Assembly (NCBI GenBank): GCA_048569125.1
Contig: CM109057.1
Location: forward strand, 34,942,381-35,006,380
From: Diretmus argenteus
Lineage: Eukaryota
DNA length: 64,000 bases
Direction of reading: 5' to 3'
This document shows positions 11,500 to 22,450 of the stretch, piece by piece. The notes under the pieces are model-generated. The model saw nothing but the letters and a program-made list of their open reading frames with translations. It searched no databases and was not told where the DNA came from. Every line of letters starts with the position of its first letter. Position 1 is the first letter of the stretch. A program made the translations under genes and the position numbers.

Positions 11500-12060
11500 T
11501 CGTTCGTCCATGTACAAGATTACGCAAAAATTACCACACCGATTTTCATGAAACTTGGTGGAAGGGTGTAGTATTGGACACGACGGCCCCATGCAATTTT
11601 GGGGCGGATCTGAATCACGGGGCGCCGCATAGGGCGCCACGTAAACAGGAAGTGCCCGTGTACAAGATTATGCAAAAATGTCCTGACCAATTTTCATGAA
11701 ACTCGGTGAAACGGTGTAGTATCGGTCAACGACGAGCCCCTGAAATTTTGGGGCGGATCCCAATCACGGGGCGCCGCGTACGGCGCCATGTACACAGGAA
11801 GTGAGGTCTAAATACTTAATGCATCATCCCTTTGACATTCTACTTAATATCCATGTTCCCTAAGGGTCAATGGGCACAATTTAACATGGCTGCGCCACTC
11901 AAGGTCAATGCAACGCCGCGTAAACAGGAAGGTATAATTGCTTAACGCAGCATCCCATTTTCATGATACCTGCTGGATAGGTGCAGCTTGGCCCAAGGAA
12001 GAGATGTTACATTTTGGAGTGGGTCTGAATCTGAATCCCATAAACAGGCGACATGCATCC
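11500..12060. repeat. satellite-like tandem repeat, ~150-bp monomer x ~3.5
   Basis: The monomer ...gtacaagattaYgcaaaaat...ttttcatgaaactYggtg...cccctg(c)aattttggggcggatc.gaatcacggggcgccgc.ta.ggcgcca.gtaaacaggaagtg is repeated at 11510, 11650 and ~11880 with 80-90% identity. Confidence 0.7.
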
Positions 12061-12129
12061 TGGGCGGAGGTCTGCACTCTCCGAGCGCACATTTCTAGTT
12101 AATAATATTTTACGTGTGTGTAGTTGCAG

Positions 12130-12248
12130 ATGGAGAGCAGTCCAGCGGTGGTGGATAAGAAACAGAGTGAGTTCAGTATGAAGAAAATGATCAAGCGACT
12201 CCACATCAAAGAGCCGGCACATCTTGTCATGGCCATACTGGGAAGAAA
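12130..12248 (+). CDS. tep1: tep1 exon 7: MESSPAVVDKKQSEFSMKKMIKRLHIKEPAHLVMAILGR(K)
   Basis: Acceptor gttgcag|, donor aa|gtaaga (phase 2). Aligns to human FTLKKLVQRLHIHKPAQHVQALLGYR. Confidence 0.8.
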
Positions 12249-12582
12249 GTAAGACACACACAAATCACACCCAGAGAGACGTTGGTGTCTGTTTGTTTGT
12301 ATAACACAGTTTACAAAGTGCTTAACTATCAAAATGAAACCGCATTATCATAAAATAAGATATGATAGAAGGTAATAACAGAGTAAGACAATATGACGGT
12401 AAAATGTAATGGGGTAAAGGCATCACAGAAGTGTAAGGGAAAAAAAGTACTTTTCTGGTATTTTGATTCTTTATTTGGACAATTGTACAGTAGCAATCTT
12501 AGGCCAGTAGGGGCACATGTAGTTCCAGAGGCGGCACATCCTACTTCTGCATCTAAAACACGCTGTGGTGTGTGTGTCCCAG

Positions 12583-12740
12583 GTATCCTGCTGACCTGAA
12601 GACGTTCACCCGCAGTGGGTTGAATGGCGTATGGGACAGGGAGAGAGCCGGGCAGCGAATGAAACTAAAGGAGCCGGAGACATGGGAACGTCTGCTCACT
12701 CAGCAGGGCAACAAAGCTGCTACCTGGGAGAAACTCATAG
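12583..12740 (+). CDS. tep1: tep1 exon 8 (TROVE): YPADLKTFTRSGLNGVWDRERAGQRMKLKEPETWERLLTQQGNKAATWEKLI
   Basis: Acceptor tgtcccag|, donor atag|gttagc. Aligns to human YPSNLQLFSRSRLPGPWDSSRAGKRMKLSRPETWERELSLRGNKASVWEELI. Confidence 0.85.
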
Positions 12741-12949
12741 GTTAGCTCAATAATAACACAATTATTGGATTATTAATTGAATGATGTAATCTTCTTTGTA
12801 ATCCAAAATGCTCATTCATTCAGTACATTTTAAAACACAAGCGAATAAAGGGATACCCACGTTTGAAAACATACACATTTAGTTAAAATGCACATGCATA
12901 TATTGTACATGCACACGCTCAGATGCATCGTCATCTCTCTTCTCTACAG

Positions 12950-13059
12950 ACAACAAGTCTCTTCCCTTCATGGCCATGCTGAGGAACCTGAGGAACATGA
13001 TAACTCAGGGCATCAGTGAGACTCATCACCAGAAGATCCTGAGCAGACTGACCAATAAG
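12950..13059 (+). CDS. tep1: tep1 exon 9: DNKSLPFMAMLRNLRNMITQGISETHHQKILSRLTNK
   Basis: Acceptor ctctacag|, donor aag|gtgaga. Aligns to human NGKLPFMAMLRNLCNLLRVGISSRHHELILQRL. Confidence 0.85.
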
Positions 13060-13303
13060 GTGAGATATGCACTTTCTACAGATATCAAAATTATTCCTGA
13101 TATGTGGCGCCGATATAATAGCACATTAATGATGAGCCAACCACGTTGATGCGTCGGTGTAACAACAGCTCTTGTTAACCTATCTGCACAGGAGAAAAAG
13201 TCTATAGTATTGCAATATCATATCAGTATCGGTTGACATGACCATGGAAATAATTGGTTATCGGATATCGATTTCAATATCGTGCATCCTTAATCTGTTC
13301 CAG

Positions 13304-13376
13304 AAAGCGGTTATTCAGAGCAGACAGTTTCCCTTCAGGTTCCTCGCTGCCTACAAGGTCATCATGCAGCTCAACG
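13304..13376 (+). CDS. tep1: tep1 exon 10: KAVIQSRQFPFRFLAAYKVIMQLN
   Basis: Acceptor ctgttccag|, donor aacg|gtgagc. Aligns to human KSVIHSRQFPFRFLNAHDAI. A (CA)n array starts 5 nt into the downstream intron. Confidence 0.85.
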
Positions 13377-13380
13377 GTGA

Positions 13381-13382
13381 GC

Positions 13383-13447
<65 letters not shown>

Positions 13448-13460
13448 ACACACACACACA
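13381..13460. repeat. (CA)n microsatellite starting 5 nt after the exon-10 donor
   Basis: About 35 CA units. Confidence 0.95.
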
Positions 13461-14108
13461 CATTCAAGCAGACACATAGCCATGCATACACTTAGACAGA
13501 TACAGTAGTAGGGTTTGACCAACATGGCTTTGTGATACTAATAATCCTGATATTTTTAGACGTTGCTGATAGCAGTATTGTATTTTGTGCCATTTGACCA
13601 TTTTCATGTAAGTGTTTTGACCCAATATACTCGTCTAACTCTAACATAACACCTAACACATTTCAGATTTCACATTTTCGGTCTCACTGCCTAGTCGGAG
13701 CTCTAAATATGTACAACAATTACAAAAATAAAACAATATAAAAGTACTAGTGTAAAATAAATCTAAAATACAAATCACATGCACGCACACACACTCACAC
13801 ACAATGTTTGGCAGTGTTAATTTCCCTTATGGCTCTGGGGTGAAAACTAGTTTTAAGTCTGTTTGTCCATGATTTGATCGACCTGAAACGTCAGATGATG
13901 ACTATAGCCTAGATGGAGAGAGAGATTTGATTTGTGTGTGTAAAAGAGCGAAAGTCTAGGGCACTATACTGCAAAATAGAAAATATTGCTAATGTAATTT
14001 TACGCATGATATGTATACTGAGTAGTTCACTTTTTTACAAAGGGATCTATCTGCTGTTGTTTTTCAGGGCCTAATCACATGCCCATGCAAGGTCCCGGAC
14101 CTTAAAAA

Positions 14109-14147
<39 letters not shown>

Positions 14148-14193
14148 TTAACTACCACATTTCAGTAAACTCCGCTTTGCCTCTTTCCTGCAG

Positions 14194-14390
14194 CCGCGGC
14201 GTCACAGGCGGCGATCCCCAGCTGCACCGAGATTTTGAAGGGCATCCTGAAGAAGGTTCCTAAGAGCCGGCGCTTCGGGAGTCTGGAGTGGGCAACAACC
14301 CCCAGGAGGAGGCTGAGGGCGGCGCTGGGTGTGCCCTTCGTCTTCCGCTTGTATAGTCTGAAGAAGGCCCAGCTCCAAAAAGCCAAGTAT
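14194..14390 (+). CDS. tep1: tep1 exon 11: AAASQAAIPSCTEILKGILKKVPKSRRFGSLEW...YSLKKAQLQKAKY
   Basis: Acceptor tttcctgcag|. The 3' end is +/-2 nt: donor gtgtaa at 14391 (paired with acceptor at 15634), or gtaaac at 14393 (paired with acceptor at 15630). Both choices keep the frame. Confidence 0.65.
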
Positions 14391-14559
14391 GTGTAAACGA
14401 GAGAATATTTATTTTGTGTCGTCTTTTAAAGTGATTTCTATAAATGAACATCCGCTTTGCTACCGGCGCTGATTGATACAACATAACGATGATTCGCCCT
14501 TTAGTCAGTTCATGAAAGTTTTTCCATGTGTTGTTCCAAACACCCGGTGGCACGTGTAG

Positions 14560-14880
14560 ATATAGAAACGTAGATACCTCATCGTGCGTCAACATCGGCG
14601 CCATATTGGGGAGGTCAAGACCGGCCTGTAAACCAATACAAGTAAACGGGGGAGCTGTGTTTTGTCTGGATAAAACGCACTATAAACGTCTACATTTCTC
14701 AACCGATTTCAATTAGTCGTTTATATATTCAAGGTTTTATGATCTACGTGGAGTTAAAAAACAAAACAAATTCCACAAGACTTTTTTTCTACTCCATGTA
14801 GATCATAAAAACGCCTCAAGGTCTTGACCTCCCAACATGGCCGACACGTGGACGCATATCGGCGACATACAGCAGCGGCG
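14560..14880. mobile_element. long hairpin / foldback element (~150-bp arms)
   Basis: catcggcgccatattggggaggtcaagacc ... ggtcttgacctcccaacatggccgacacg, and gatctacgtggagt ... actccatgtagatc. The centre is at ~14745. Confidence 0.6.
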
Positions 14881-14955
14881 TAGGTGAGACACACAGGAAG
14901 TGATGCATTCTACATTTCCAGCAACAGCGGTTTGTTTGGAATAAACAAAAGAAGA

Positions 14956-15452
14956 ACCTGAGACTTCACAATACGATATTATCGTGATACTTGGGCCACG
15001 ATACGATAATATCACGATATGGGGAGTTTTGCGATACATTAAGTATTGCGATTAAATTTGTTGCGATATATCACAATTATTTTTAGAAAAATAAAATGTA
15101 AAATGACAATTAAAATTGAAGTCGTACCCCTACAAGTGTCAAAATGATGCCTCACAATAAGAAGCAAGAAGTGAATCAATTTAACTCAAAACTTTTTTTA
15201 TTTGATTCAGTTCTACTGAATTTCAAAATAAAAAAGCAAAGATTTCTAACTTCTGATCTGTCACAGTGCAGTTGTTTTAACACTCGACACCTACAGGATT
15301 TTGGCAGCAATGAACTTTTGCATCGCTCCAGCTACAAAATGAAGAAACAATAGGTTTTATAATGTGCATAAAAATAGATAAAGTATTGATAATTGGCACT
15401 ACTGTATCGATATTGTATTGCGGAAGAAAGTATCGCGATACTACGCTGTTGT
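14956..15452. mobile_element. MITE family A (TIR ~ctaggagtggg...gtatcgcgatact), copy 1, truncated at both tips
   Basis: Shares the ~480-bp core (tcgtgatacttgggccacgata...ctgtcacagtgcagttgttttaacactcgacacc...) with the copies at 22451, 55768, 58560 and 62239. Confidence 0.75.
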
Positions 15453-15634
15453 CAGCATGAGCAGCGATAGCCACTGTGGCTGAACAGACAAACACAATGA
15501 GTGATGAATATGAACTTTTCTTAACTTCTGTCATAAGATATGAAAAAGGCACTTTAATAAAAATGTAATAAATAAAAGTAATAAACCAAACGGTGCATGT
15601 TTTTGTGTCTGTGTTTGTGTCTGTCTCCAGTCAG

Positions 15635-15874
15635 AGGCTTTTCACGGTGCCGCTGTTGGACCGATACCGCAAAGCTCTGGAGACGGCGGTTCAGATCTCC
15701 TGCCGTTACAACGTGCCTCCCCTCCCCGGACGAACCGTTTTCTTCCTCGCTACTGACTTGGAAATGTCAAGGGATGGCAAGGTCACGAAACAGGACTTCT
15801 GTTGCCCTCTGGATCCAGAGGAAGAGGACGAGGAGGAGGAAGAGGAGGAAAAAGAAAACAAGCTCACTCCTTCT
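15635..15874 (+). CDS. tep1: tep1 exon 12: RLFTVPLLDRYRKALETAVQISCRYNVPPLPGRTVFFLATD...EEEDEEEEEEEKENKLTPS
   Basis: Acceptor tccagtcag| (alternative acceptor at 15630), donor tct|gtaagg. Aligns to human MLNRYRQALETAVNLSVKHSLPLLPGRTVLVYLTD. Confidence 0.75.
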
Positions 15875-16023
15875 GTAAGGGCCCAGCTTTCATCTGATTA
15901 GCCGTACATTCTGAATGATCTGGGTGGATTCATACAGGGTCAGATAATGCTGAGATAACCCAGAGAGCGCTGTTGATAGCAGGATTGTTTTGTACTGATG
16001 ATGCATGATACAAATCTTCCCAG

Positions 16024-16179
16024 ATGACAGAGATGGCGGTTTTGCTCTCGCTGATGATCGCCTACAGCGCAGAAGATGCCAAGTTGTGTTTAGTTAATTG
16101 GCGTGATGGGTGTGAAGAGGTCAAGCTGAAGTCTGACGTCCTTTTAGACAATGTCAGGAGTGTGATCAAGCAGATTAAG
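16024..16179 (+). CDS. tep1: tep1 exon 13: MTEMAVLLSLMIAYSAEDAKLCLVNWRDGCEEVKLKSDVLLDNVRSVIKQIK
   Basis: Acceptor cttcccag|, donor aag|gtaaga. Aligns to human NYALLLIGMMITRAEQVDVVLCGGDTLKTAVLKAEEGILKTAIKLQ. Confidence 0.8.
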
Positions 16180-16434
16180 GTAAGAGGTTTGGTAGATTTT
16201 AAATAAATAAATACGTGTTGTTTGGCATAATTTCAGTTTCAACCCATTTTAGTTAGTTTGTTTGTAGCAAAGTGCTTCTGAGTCTAAGCAAGGAAGCAAA
16301 CGCCTCTAATAAGCTGATAATAAGCATTGACAACTTCATTGGAGAGCGAAATCTAAATGTACAATTTGTGAACAGCGTATTTTTCAGTTTTCTTCACATT
16401 TTCGCCTTCATTGGTGAATGTTTTTCTTTCACAG

Positions 16435-16500
16435 GAATGTAATTCGAGATATGAGGAACACAGCACTTTCGCTTCCAGAATGTTATCAAAGGAAAACGAG
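16435..16500 (+). CDS. tep1: tep1 exon 14: ECNSRYEEHSTFASRMLSKENE
   Basis: Acceptor tctttcacag|, donor gag|gtttgt. A (TTC)n array starts 8 nt downstream of the donor. Phase 0/0. Confidence 0.6.
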
Positions 16501-16761
16501 GTTTGTTGTTTCTTCTTCTTCTTCTTCTTCTTCTTCTTCTTCTTCATCATCATGCCTCATTTCTATATGATTGGTTGACCCACTTCAACTTCCTGAATGT
16601 GGATGATAAAAATGAAATGTCATCGATTCAAACAGAATGAGTCTTTCTCACCCTGGGGGCTGGGGACCGTGGGGACCTCTGCTCCAGGCTACATGAGTTG
16701 ATGGGGAGGGTCAAGGGATGGTTTATGGACTGCAAATCACTTAATCACATCTTATTAAATA

Positions 16762-17745
16762 ATATTTAGGGCTGCTACTATCGATTATTTTCATTATCGA
16801 TTAATCTGCCGATCATTTTCTGGATTGATCGATAAGTTGTTTGGTCCATAAAATGTCATAAAATGGTGAAAAATATTAATCAGTGTTTCCCAAAGTCCTA
16901 GGTGACGTCCTCACATGTCCACAACCCAAAGATATTCAGTTTACTGTCATAGAGGACTAAAGAAACCACAACATATTCAGTTTACTGTCATAGAGAACTA
17001 AAGAAACCACAACATATTCAGTTTACTGTCATAGAGGACTAAATAAACCACAACATATTCAGTTTACTGTCATAGAGAACTAAATAAACCACAACATATT
17101 CAGTTTACTGTCATAGAGGACTAAAGAAACCACAACATATTCAGTTTACTGTCATAGAGAACTAAAGAAACCACAACATATTCAGTTTACTGTCATAGAG
17201 GACTAAAGAAACCACAACATATTCAGTTTACTGTCATAGAGAACTAAATAAACCACAACATATTCAGTTTACTGTCATAGAGAACTAAATAAACCACAAC
17301 ATATTCAGTTTACTGTCATAGAGGACTAAAGAAACCACAACATATTCAGTTTACTGTCATAGAGGACTAAAGAAACCACAACATATTCAGTTTACTGTCA
17401 TAGAGGACTAAAGAAACCACAACATATTCAGTTTACTGTCATAGAGAACTAAAGAAACCACAACATATTCAGTTTACTGTCAGAGGACTAAATAAACTAC
17501 AACATATTCACATTGGAGAAGCTGAAATCAGAGAATCTGGACATTTTCTCTTAAAAAATACTCAAAACGATGAATCGATTATCAAAATAAGTAGCAAAAA
17601 ATTAAAGTTTGTCTCTGTGAAAACCTTTTTGGAGTTGGACTTGAGAGAGAACTTCAAAAAGATTATCAAAATAGTTGGCGATTAATTTAATAGTTGACAA
17701 CTAATTGATTAATCGACTAATCGTTTAATCTCTATGCTTCCTCCA
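16762..17745. mobile_element. MITE (TIR region ...ctactatcgattattttcattatcgattaatc...) with an internal 42-bp minisatellite
   Basis: The ends at 16762-16830 and 17690-17745 both carry cgattaatcg-type inverted motifs. The centre is occupied by the tandem array. Confidence 0.65.
16950..17500. repeat. 42-bp minisatellite (aaccacaacatattcagtttactgtcatagaRRactaaaKaa) x 13
   Basis: Near-perfect tandem units. Confidence 0.95.
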
Positions 17746-17936
17746 ATAACGAATCAAGTGAAACTCTGACACCATTCGATCAATTTTAATTGTCCAAGAG
17801 TCAAAGTGGTTACCAGTAGGAATCTCTTTGGGGTTTTTTTTGAGGTCATGGGCCGAAAAGGTTGAGAACCACTGCTTTAGATGACAGTACATGCTTTTCC
17901 TTGTAACTGTTGACCTCATATACTTGTGCCCCTCAG

Positions 17937-18061
17937 GTGGACAACATCATCCTGGTCTGTGATGAGTGGCTGCCCAATGAGAACATCCAATGGGCCGTCA
18001 ACAACTACAGGAAGGAGATTAACAATAAGGCCCTTGTGGTGGAAATCGCGCTGTCAGGGAG
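17937..18061 (+). CDS. tep1: tep1 exon 15: VDNIILVCDEWLPNENIQWAVNNYRKEINNKALVVEIALSGR
   Basis: Acceptor gcccctcag|, donor ag|gtaaca. Aligns to human VDRVILLGQSMDDGMINVAKQLYWQRVNSKCLFVGILLRR. Confidence 0.85.
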
Positions 18062-18637
18062 GTAACAAGCTCAACTATTATTTCTCCTAAATCGCACAGC
18101 CAGTTTGTATCTCTCTTACTATATACTTGTTTTCTGCCCTGCAACCATACCAAGCTATTGTTTTGCCCTCTGGTGGTTGGTAAATAGGCCTAATGGTCAA
18201 AATTTACCACACCCTTTAACTGTTCTACCAACCACAATCATTTTCAGAATACAAATGAAGGTTTGCAGAGTAGACAGACTTACCAGACACAGACACATTC
18301 ACCTACATTTGGCTACTGGCTGGATTCTATTTCCCATAGAGTAGAAACACACATGGAAGGTTTATTTGGGACAGGACAGGAGTGAATTTTCCCTTCTGTG
18401 TGATGCTCTAATACAGCTCCAGTGAATGCACAGAGCGGAACAAAGTGAAGCTGTCCGGCTTCAGTGAACAAATGCTCAGGTACAGTAACATGTCCGGTTG
18501 TTCATTATCATCCAAATACATTGATCTAGAATCTGATATCAACAAATCAGTCCAGTGACCCCCCCGGAAGAGAACTCTCTTAGTTTCCCTATGAAGTCAT
18601 AATCCTGTGTTGGTTCTTTTGTTTACTGTGTGTTCAG

Positions 18638-18781
18638 GTTTGTGGCAGAACGAGGTTCATCTAGGCTGCTGGACCATGTGGAGCATATAGACAAACTGCA
18701 CAACATCCCTCCCCCAGAGGGAACTAAAGCCCCTCAGACCACCCCCAATGTCGCCTCAATACCAGCCAGCCCCAAGTTGAG
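18638..18781 (+). CDS. tep1: tep1 exon 16: FVAERGSSRLLDHVEHIDKLHNIPPPEGTKAP...PASPKLR
   Basis: Acceptor gtgttcag|, donor ag|gtaacg. Aligns to human FIAEHGASHLLEHVGQMDKIFKIPPPPGKTG. Confidence 0.85.
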
Positions 18782-19353
18782 GTAACGTTTCCTCCATAGA
18801 CGAGTTTGCTTGTCTTATTAGGTGCTCGTAAAGCTTTTTGCAATGCGCAGGGCTCAGGGGAGTTACAGTAGACGCTCTTTAGGCTGCTCAGAGCTGTAAG
18901 AGTCCTGCGTAAGGCAAACCCAGAGTGGCTCCTCCACCAGGCAGCAAGGTAGAAGTCAACAAGCATGAGCAGCTCTAGGTTGGTGCGGTGCGTTCACATA
19001 CCAGGAAGTCGCGCTGTGAATTTCTTATTGGAGTGGCTAAGTCAGCGATTCTCTTAGTTCCAATGATGCTGTGCTACCGCAGCACTTTGTCACAGAGTCC
19101 GACCACTTAAATTCTAAGTGAAATTGATGTCTTGACCCTGGTCGTAGGATTTGAAATCAAGTCTCTAGGTAAATCTCGGTTAATTTCATAGTTATGGCTA
19201 AAAAACGATAATTGTCTACTGTAGGTCCCAGGTCCGGATCACCACCGAAATAGAATGAATTGTTCCCTGTCCCAAGGCCTTCTGCAGACAGTCAGACTAT
19301 AACCAGTGAAAACATAACTGTGGAGGTAGTCAAATGAATATTGTGTCATTGCT

Positions 19354-20120
19354 CAGGGTATCTGCAGGTTTCACCAAATTTAAGACTTTTTAAGAATCAG
19401 AATCAGCTTCATTGGCCAAGTACGTTCACCACATACAAGGAATTTGTTTCCGGCAGTTTGTGTCTCCCACGGAGTTGAAAATGTACCCAAAAATAAAAAT
19501 AACATAAATAATGGAAAATATGTACACCTATGAAAAAATAAGATAGGTGTACATATTTTCCATTATTTATGTTATTTTTAAGACCACTTTCAATGCAATT
19601 TAATACCAATTTCACTGCCTTACTATCAAAAGAACAAGTAGTGATATCTAAATAACAGAAACACAAACACATAAGGGCCCCACGTGCCAGAAAAAACAGA
19701 TACAAACACTCATTTGTACCTGCATTGATTGGCACACTGAACGCTGCGAGTGGAAGAACCGTTCTAAAGCCATAGTGTACTGTACTTTTTCTTGTGACCG
19801 GCTTGTATATTGGATAGTTGTACGTTTTTTGTTTTCTTTTATCTGGTTTGTTTACGTGTATTTGTCTTGTAAAACTGTCTACTTTTTATGCTGCAAATCA
19901 GTTGCCCCCCGGGGACCTTTAATAAACTTGAACCTTGAACCTTGAACATAAAGTCTGATCATCAAAAACATCTGACATATTATTTCCTATTATTTAATCT
20001 GCTGACAGACCCACTAAATATTTAAGACCTATGAACATTAAATTTAAGACTTTTAAAGACTTTTTAAGACCTTTTATTGAGAATTGTGCATTTCAGACTT
20101 TTTAAGACCCTGCGGACACC
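19354..20120. mobile_element. MITE family B (TIR cagggtRtcYgcRgg + gtcttaaaaagtcttaaat), long copy containing an ~85-bp perfect palindrome
   Basis: The ends are 19354 cagggtatctgcagg... and ...ccctgcggacacc 20120. Other copies lie at 26946-27325 and 47782-48108, with fragments at 25383-25440 and ~52650-52700. Confidence 0.75.
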
Positions 20121-20385
20121 ACGTTGCTGTACTTAGGAAGCTACTGTTGTACTTCACATCTATACTGTCTTTTAAATCCAGTAATTACGGTACCAGGTCA
20201 CTGAACCGGTTCTCCACACATCAATTCTGAACCTACCAAGACCAGGTTTTTGGTGCTACACCTTTAGAGACGTAAAAGACTTGAAATTCCCGCCCCCCTC
20301 AATTATTTTAAAGCTATTAGACATTTTTTTCACCTCCTGTTTTTCTCTTCCACACCAACTCTTTCCCTGTACCTCTCTCCTCCAG

Positions 20386-20677
20386 GTGGCGAGGCGTGCG
20401 CGTGTTCATCTCCTCCACCTTCAGAGACATGCACGCCGAGCGCGACGTCCTGGTGCGCAGCGTGTTCCCGGAGCTCCGACGCCTCGCTGCGCCACACGGC
20501 CTCTACCTGCAGGAGGTGGAGCTGCGCTGGGGCGTGACGGAGGAGGAGTCGGCGCGGGCCACCGAGCTGTGCCTGTCTGAGGTGTGTCGCAGTCAGATGC
20601 TGGTGGGGATCCTGGGGGAGAGGTACGGCCTGGTGCCCCCCCGACCGGCCCTCCCCGACCTGCCACAGTACAGCTGG
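20386..20677 (+). CDS. tep1: tep1 exon 17: [54 protein letters not shown]...LPQYSW
   Basis: Acceptor tctcctccag|, donor tgg|gtaaga. Near-identical to human [54 protein letters not shown]. Confidence 0.95.
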
Positions 20678-21196
20678 GTAAGACCAAACCAAATGAAGTG
20701 ATGCTGAATGAGTGTGCTGTATAATTACTGTACTCAGGGCTAATTAAACATGTAAATTCCAGAGTTATGTATTGAATTAGGACGCCATCATTATTGTAGT
20801 TGTTTTTCATGCAATACTCAAATTCAGTGTCTGTGCTTTTATTGTGATATGATAATACTCAGGACAGATGGACAATGCTTAGAGAAAGAATAGTCTGCAC
20901 ACACTGCTATAATTCTCCCACAGGGGGTTAATTTTTACTACTAAGATCAACGTTATGATGTTAAATGAATGTACAAGGCAAGTTGATCCCAAGTCAATGA
21001 ATCCAGGTGCTTATAAGACAACAAAAGGACATATAGACAATTCAATTTACCAAAAGCAAAATAAACTATTCAATATCTTAAAGGGGCACTAAGTAATATA
21101 TGACCTTTAGCACACTCTGTTGGTGACCAGAAGGTATTGCAACGTTGATAGACCTTCACCTCGTCATACACTCCTATAGTGTGTTGCTGCAATAGA

Positions 21197-21717
21197 GGAG
21201 GCTGCAGTTTCAGGACCGCAGTCCTCGGACCCCGATTGTCGTCCATCTTATCCATGAGCGTTTCTCAATACACGTACTTGTCTGTACTGAACCCCTGATC
21301 TTGGTAAACGTCATCTTTACACCAACACCAAGACCTGTCTCAAAACCCAAGTTCACATTTCGTCCAGCACGCATAAAACGCCCGGATATGAACTTGATAT
21401 GGCCATTTTGTCGAGCTTGCATCGATGGTGACTTGTGCGGACTATATCCCAGCGTTCATTTCGGCATTATTGCGCAATACCAGCAAGTCCGCTCCGTCTC
21501 AAACCATCAACAGCACTCGTAACCTTGCGAGATCATACGTCCAAGTACGACTAGCAAGTATGTCCCTCCCAAGTACACAAGCACGTACTTGTGTACTTGT
21601 GTATTGAGAAACGCTCCGTGTCCTAGAAATGTGCTCATTGGTCATCCAATTCGGTAGGTGGCGCTGTTGCGAAAAACTAGGGTCCTAGAAATGCGGTTCT
21701 GAAACTGCAGCCGCCTC
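21197..21717. mobile_element. TIR element (ggaggctgcagtttcaggaccgcag ... ctgcggttctgaaactgcagccgcctc)
   Basis: About 35-bp terminal inverted repeats. A second inverted pair is gagcgtttctcaatacacgtacttg / caagtacacaag...gtattgagaaacgctc. Confidence 0.65.
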
Positions 21718-21887
21718 TTTTACAGGAACATGCTACTCCGTACACTTTTCTCTGGTACAACTCCACCACCCATTTCCCCCATTTTCTAGTTATGTGCTTC
21801 TAAATTAATTTGAATGTCTGACAATGATGTTTTAGAATGTAAAGCAACGTCTTTTTTCAAATAATACAAATAATAATGTCTGTGCAG

Positions 21888-22024
21888 CTGTCCTTGGCCC
21901 CTGCAGGCCTGTCCATCACAGAGATGGAGATCCGTCAGTTCCAGGCTCTGTACCCAGACACAGCACACCAACGAATGCTCTGCTACTTCAGGGATCCAAA
22001 CCTGATCGAGTACGCTATCCCACG
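21888..22024 (+). CDS. tep1: tep1 exon 18: LSLAPAGLSITEMEIRQFQALYPDTAHQRMLCYFRDPNLIEYAIP
   Basis: Acceptor ctgtgcag|. The only in-phase donor is the weak cg|gtcaaa at 22025. Aligns to human SVTEMEVMQFLNRNQ...ALIYFRDSSFL. Confidence 0.6.
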
Positions 22025-22130
22025 GTCAAACTTGAGAACATACCACAACACAATAGTGGCCACATGCTGTAGATGTCTTAGTAAAGTATTCAGGATTCCA
22101 GTAATACTACTGTGTTTGGTGGTTTCTCAG

Positions 22131-22241
22131 CTCAGTTCCTGTGGCGTGGAGATCCGACTTTGCCCCCGAATCGAAGGAGGCTGAATCTAAAATGGAGGAC
22201 CTGAAGACGAGGATCCTGGCCAGTGATGTGAAAGTCACTAA
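22131..22241 (+). CDS. tep1: tep1 exon 19: (R)SVPVAWRSDFAPESKEAESKMEDLKTRILASDVKVT
   Basis: Acceptor tttctcag|, donor aa|gtgagt. Aligns to human [29 protein letters not shown]. Confidence 0.8.
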
Positions 22242-22450
22242 GTGAGTGCTTTGTCATTTCAGTCACACACACTTTCATATACATGAGGGAGAAACCAACT
22301 CCACCACCTTTAAAAGCATCCAGGATGTTTTCCACAGCTCTCACTATCAATAATTGCATAAAAGAAAACGTTACTTCTTGGATCCAAGAAACAGAATGAC
22401 ATCACATGGTGCTGATTAGGGTTCAGCAGGGCAGCTAATGTGAGATATCT

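Noticed and set aside
13238-13525. ORFs with HTHTHT / CVCVCV peptides; likewise 44645-45007 and 49118-49391
   Set aside because: They are translations of (CA)n/(TG)n microsatellites.
20281-20810. Overlapping Pro/Arg/Ala-rich ORFs on both strands (20281-20580, 20330-20692(-), 20421-20810(-))
   Set aside because: They are alternative-frame artefacts of the GC-rich tep1 exon 17 (20386-20677). The exon-17 frame itself has unambiguous TEP1 homology.
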